Source of the DNA: Heptranchias perlo
Lineage: Eukaryota
NCBI RefSeq assembly: GCF_035084215.1
Contig: NC_090370.1
Location: 10,914,001-10,978,000, forward strand
DNA: 64,000 nt
Direction of reading: 5' to 3'
The notes under the pieces are model-generated. The model made no database searches and was not told the DNA's origin. It saw only the letters and a program-made list of their open reading frames with translations. Made by a program: the position numbers and the translations under genes. Numbering within the stretch: the stretch's first letter is position 1; each line of letters begins with the position of its first letter. Below are positions 61,817-64,000 of the stretch, in pieces.

Positions 61817-63817
61817 CCTCCCTCCATTTCTCCAAGGTTTCTGCCAATCTTCCACCAAAGTTACGATGAGTGATAAGGAGAACCCCTGCGAAAATTCTAC
61901 CCATGGTCTCACATTTTGCGAAGGGGCCTGAAACAGGTATTGGGCCCCCGATTTGCATATGCAAGCGGCCTAATGCCAGTTTCAGGTGCACCTCCTGGAC
62001 GCATATAGAGGAGGCCTAACCAATATGGCGGGTGGCGCACTTCCGGAACGGAATGATTGTGTGCACGCCACCCGCCATATTGGATCCTTAGGCGGCCGTT
62101 GTACGCCTGTAATACGGGCGCGGCACGATCCAATTTCTAGGCCTGTGAGTAGTGACTCAACTAACATTCCTTGGTCTCTTTCAACTTTCTCCTTTGGAAA
62201 TTTCTATCCCACCCAGAGAATAGATGTGCTTCCTATTTTTACTCCCAATATATACAATGTCTTGCATTTTTACATTGCTACTGATCGGTTCAGGTGCAAA
62301 CCTCGTTGAGGTCTCTTCGAGATTTTGGCTCCCTCTTCTGAGTCTACATTCCACTAGGCATGGCGTCATCTGCTACTTTGCAATGGGACTCTCATTCCAG
62401 CTCATCTACGTATACTAGGAAAACGAGGGGGCCCACCATGGACCACTGGATGACCTGTCTCAATATCTCCCTCCACTACGACCCTCACAACTACCGTTTG
62501 GTTCCCTCCCTTTAGCCAAGTTACTAATCCACATCCATGCCTCGCCCGCGACACTGAACTTAGTTTGTAAAGAAATCTCTCATTTATAAAAAGCCTTCTG
62601 AAAGCCATTTGCACGTATATATCAAGTAAGGATTTTGTGCATGGACGTGATGTCTTTTAGTTCAATTCGCCCCTCCCCCCTGCCCCCTCCCATTGCTTCT
62701 GGTGAAGTAAATGGTAAATTTGTTAACCAAATGTATTAAGGGAAAGGGGGCTAAGGCGGGTATATGGAGTTAGGTCACAGATCAGCCATGATCTCAATGA
62801 ATGGCGGAACAGGCTCGAGGGGCTAAATGGCCTCCTCCTGTTCCTATGTTCCTAGAGTGGTACGTACGTGTGAGTTGGTGCCAAGGCAAGACCCCAGGTT
62901 TTTAAATACCTGTAGGAGGAAGGGAAGACTGAGGGAGTTAAGGAGTTCCCCAGTTTTGGGCTCCTGGGACAGAACGAATTAGAGGCAATGTCCAGTCCTG
63001 ATATCAACACGGTGAGGATGCAGGGAGGAGGAAGACCACGTCGTTGAGGCTTAGGAGCAACAAGACAATAAAGATCAGAGGAGCAATGAACCTCCAAAGA
63101 GGACATGTCAATGGGCTCCTTGAAGATGGCGGAGGGGGTGGGGGGGGGGAGGGAGGAGGGGCAACAGCCACACCTGATCTTGTCTTCAACCAACATGCAC
63201 ATGCATGCATTTACCAGCAGGGGTCGCTGGATGTTGATCAGGAGCACAAAGTTGGTTGATTCTTCCTCTCACTAAGGCCAATTAGAGTGCTTTGGTACAT
63301 CAGTGCCCTGCACCATCAGGTCGCCTCCTGCTGCTATCTTTAGTACATTGGAATGATTACTTGCAAGCAGGATGAGAACTTGTTGCCTGCAAACAAAATT
63401 CTAGCCAGCATAAGACCTTCAATATGTCTTGCACCTGGACATTACATAAGTTATCACACATAAACTTGCCGCCTTTTAATCGTATTTATAGCTTGACATG
63501 ACTTTGCAATGACATCTTAGTCTTTTACAATGTGGCGTCGTGCCAAAGAAAAGCAATCTACATTATAGTACGAGGCAACTTGTGGAGATGGAAGATGGAA
63601 TTACAGTTTCCCTGTCACACACCATGCAAGTGATAAACTGTTCTTGTGCTTGTGAGGATCGAGCTGCATGCCTTTCACTTATAACCCTGGCATCGACTCC
63701 GACATTTTGTAAGTGTTCCAGCAGCCTAGCTTTGAGCCTGTACATTTATGGTGAGGTCATTTTACATAACTATTTACAGACAAGGGCACATCTAAATCAA
63801 CTGCCGCTTTATTATTC

Positions 63818-64000
63818 AAAAGCAAAATACTGCGGATGCTGGAAATCTGAAATAAAAACAGAAAATGCTGGAGAAGCTCAGCAAGTCAGGCAGCATCTGT
63901 GGAGAAAGAAACAGAGTTAATGTTTCAGGTCGAAGACCTTTTGTCAGAACTGGAAGATGTTAAAGAGTTAACAGTTTTTAAGCAAATACAGAGCCTGGGA
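63818..64000 (-). mobile_element. Terminus of a second Penelope family with mutated hammerhead
   Basis: GTT-CTGACAA-AAGGTCTTCGACCT-GAAA-CATT-AAC followed by ...CCAGCATTTTCTGTTTTTATTTCAGATTTCCAGCATCCGCAG. Confidence 0.7.

Overview
Vertebrate genomic DNA; the repeat content (CR1/HER1-like, Deu-type SINEs, Penelope, Harbinger) points to a cartilaginous fish (inference). The only host protein-coding gene is the nuclear receptor nr4a1 (Nur77) on the minus strand: promoter ~28850-29170, probable non-coding exon 1 (~28624-28850), exon 2 (CDS 13800-14612) and exon 3 (5895-6024). No intact exon 4-7 is in the window. Instead, 1-4200 holds heavily degenerate 'ghost' matches to NR4A exon 4 (twice) and to an apparently intronless ligand-binding domain, which is the most unusual observation. 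Also present: one tRNA-Gly(GCC) gene, an H2B pseudogene, a long open 5'-truncated APE-RT LINE inserted in the intron of a dead Harbinger Myb gene, Penelope elements with hammerhead ribozyme motifs, MITEs, a solo LTR, many SINE/LINE fragments and candidate immediate-early enhancers. Reference protein, promoter and repeat motifs were compared from memory by eye. Repeat boundaries are approximate unless a TSD is quoted.
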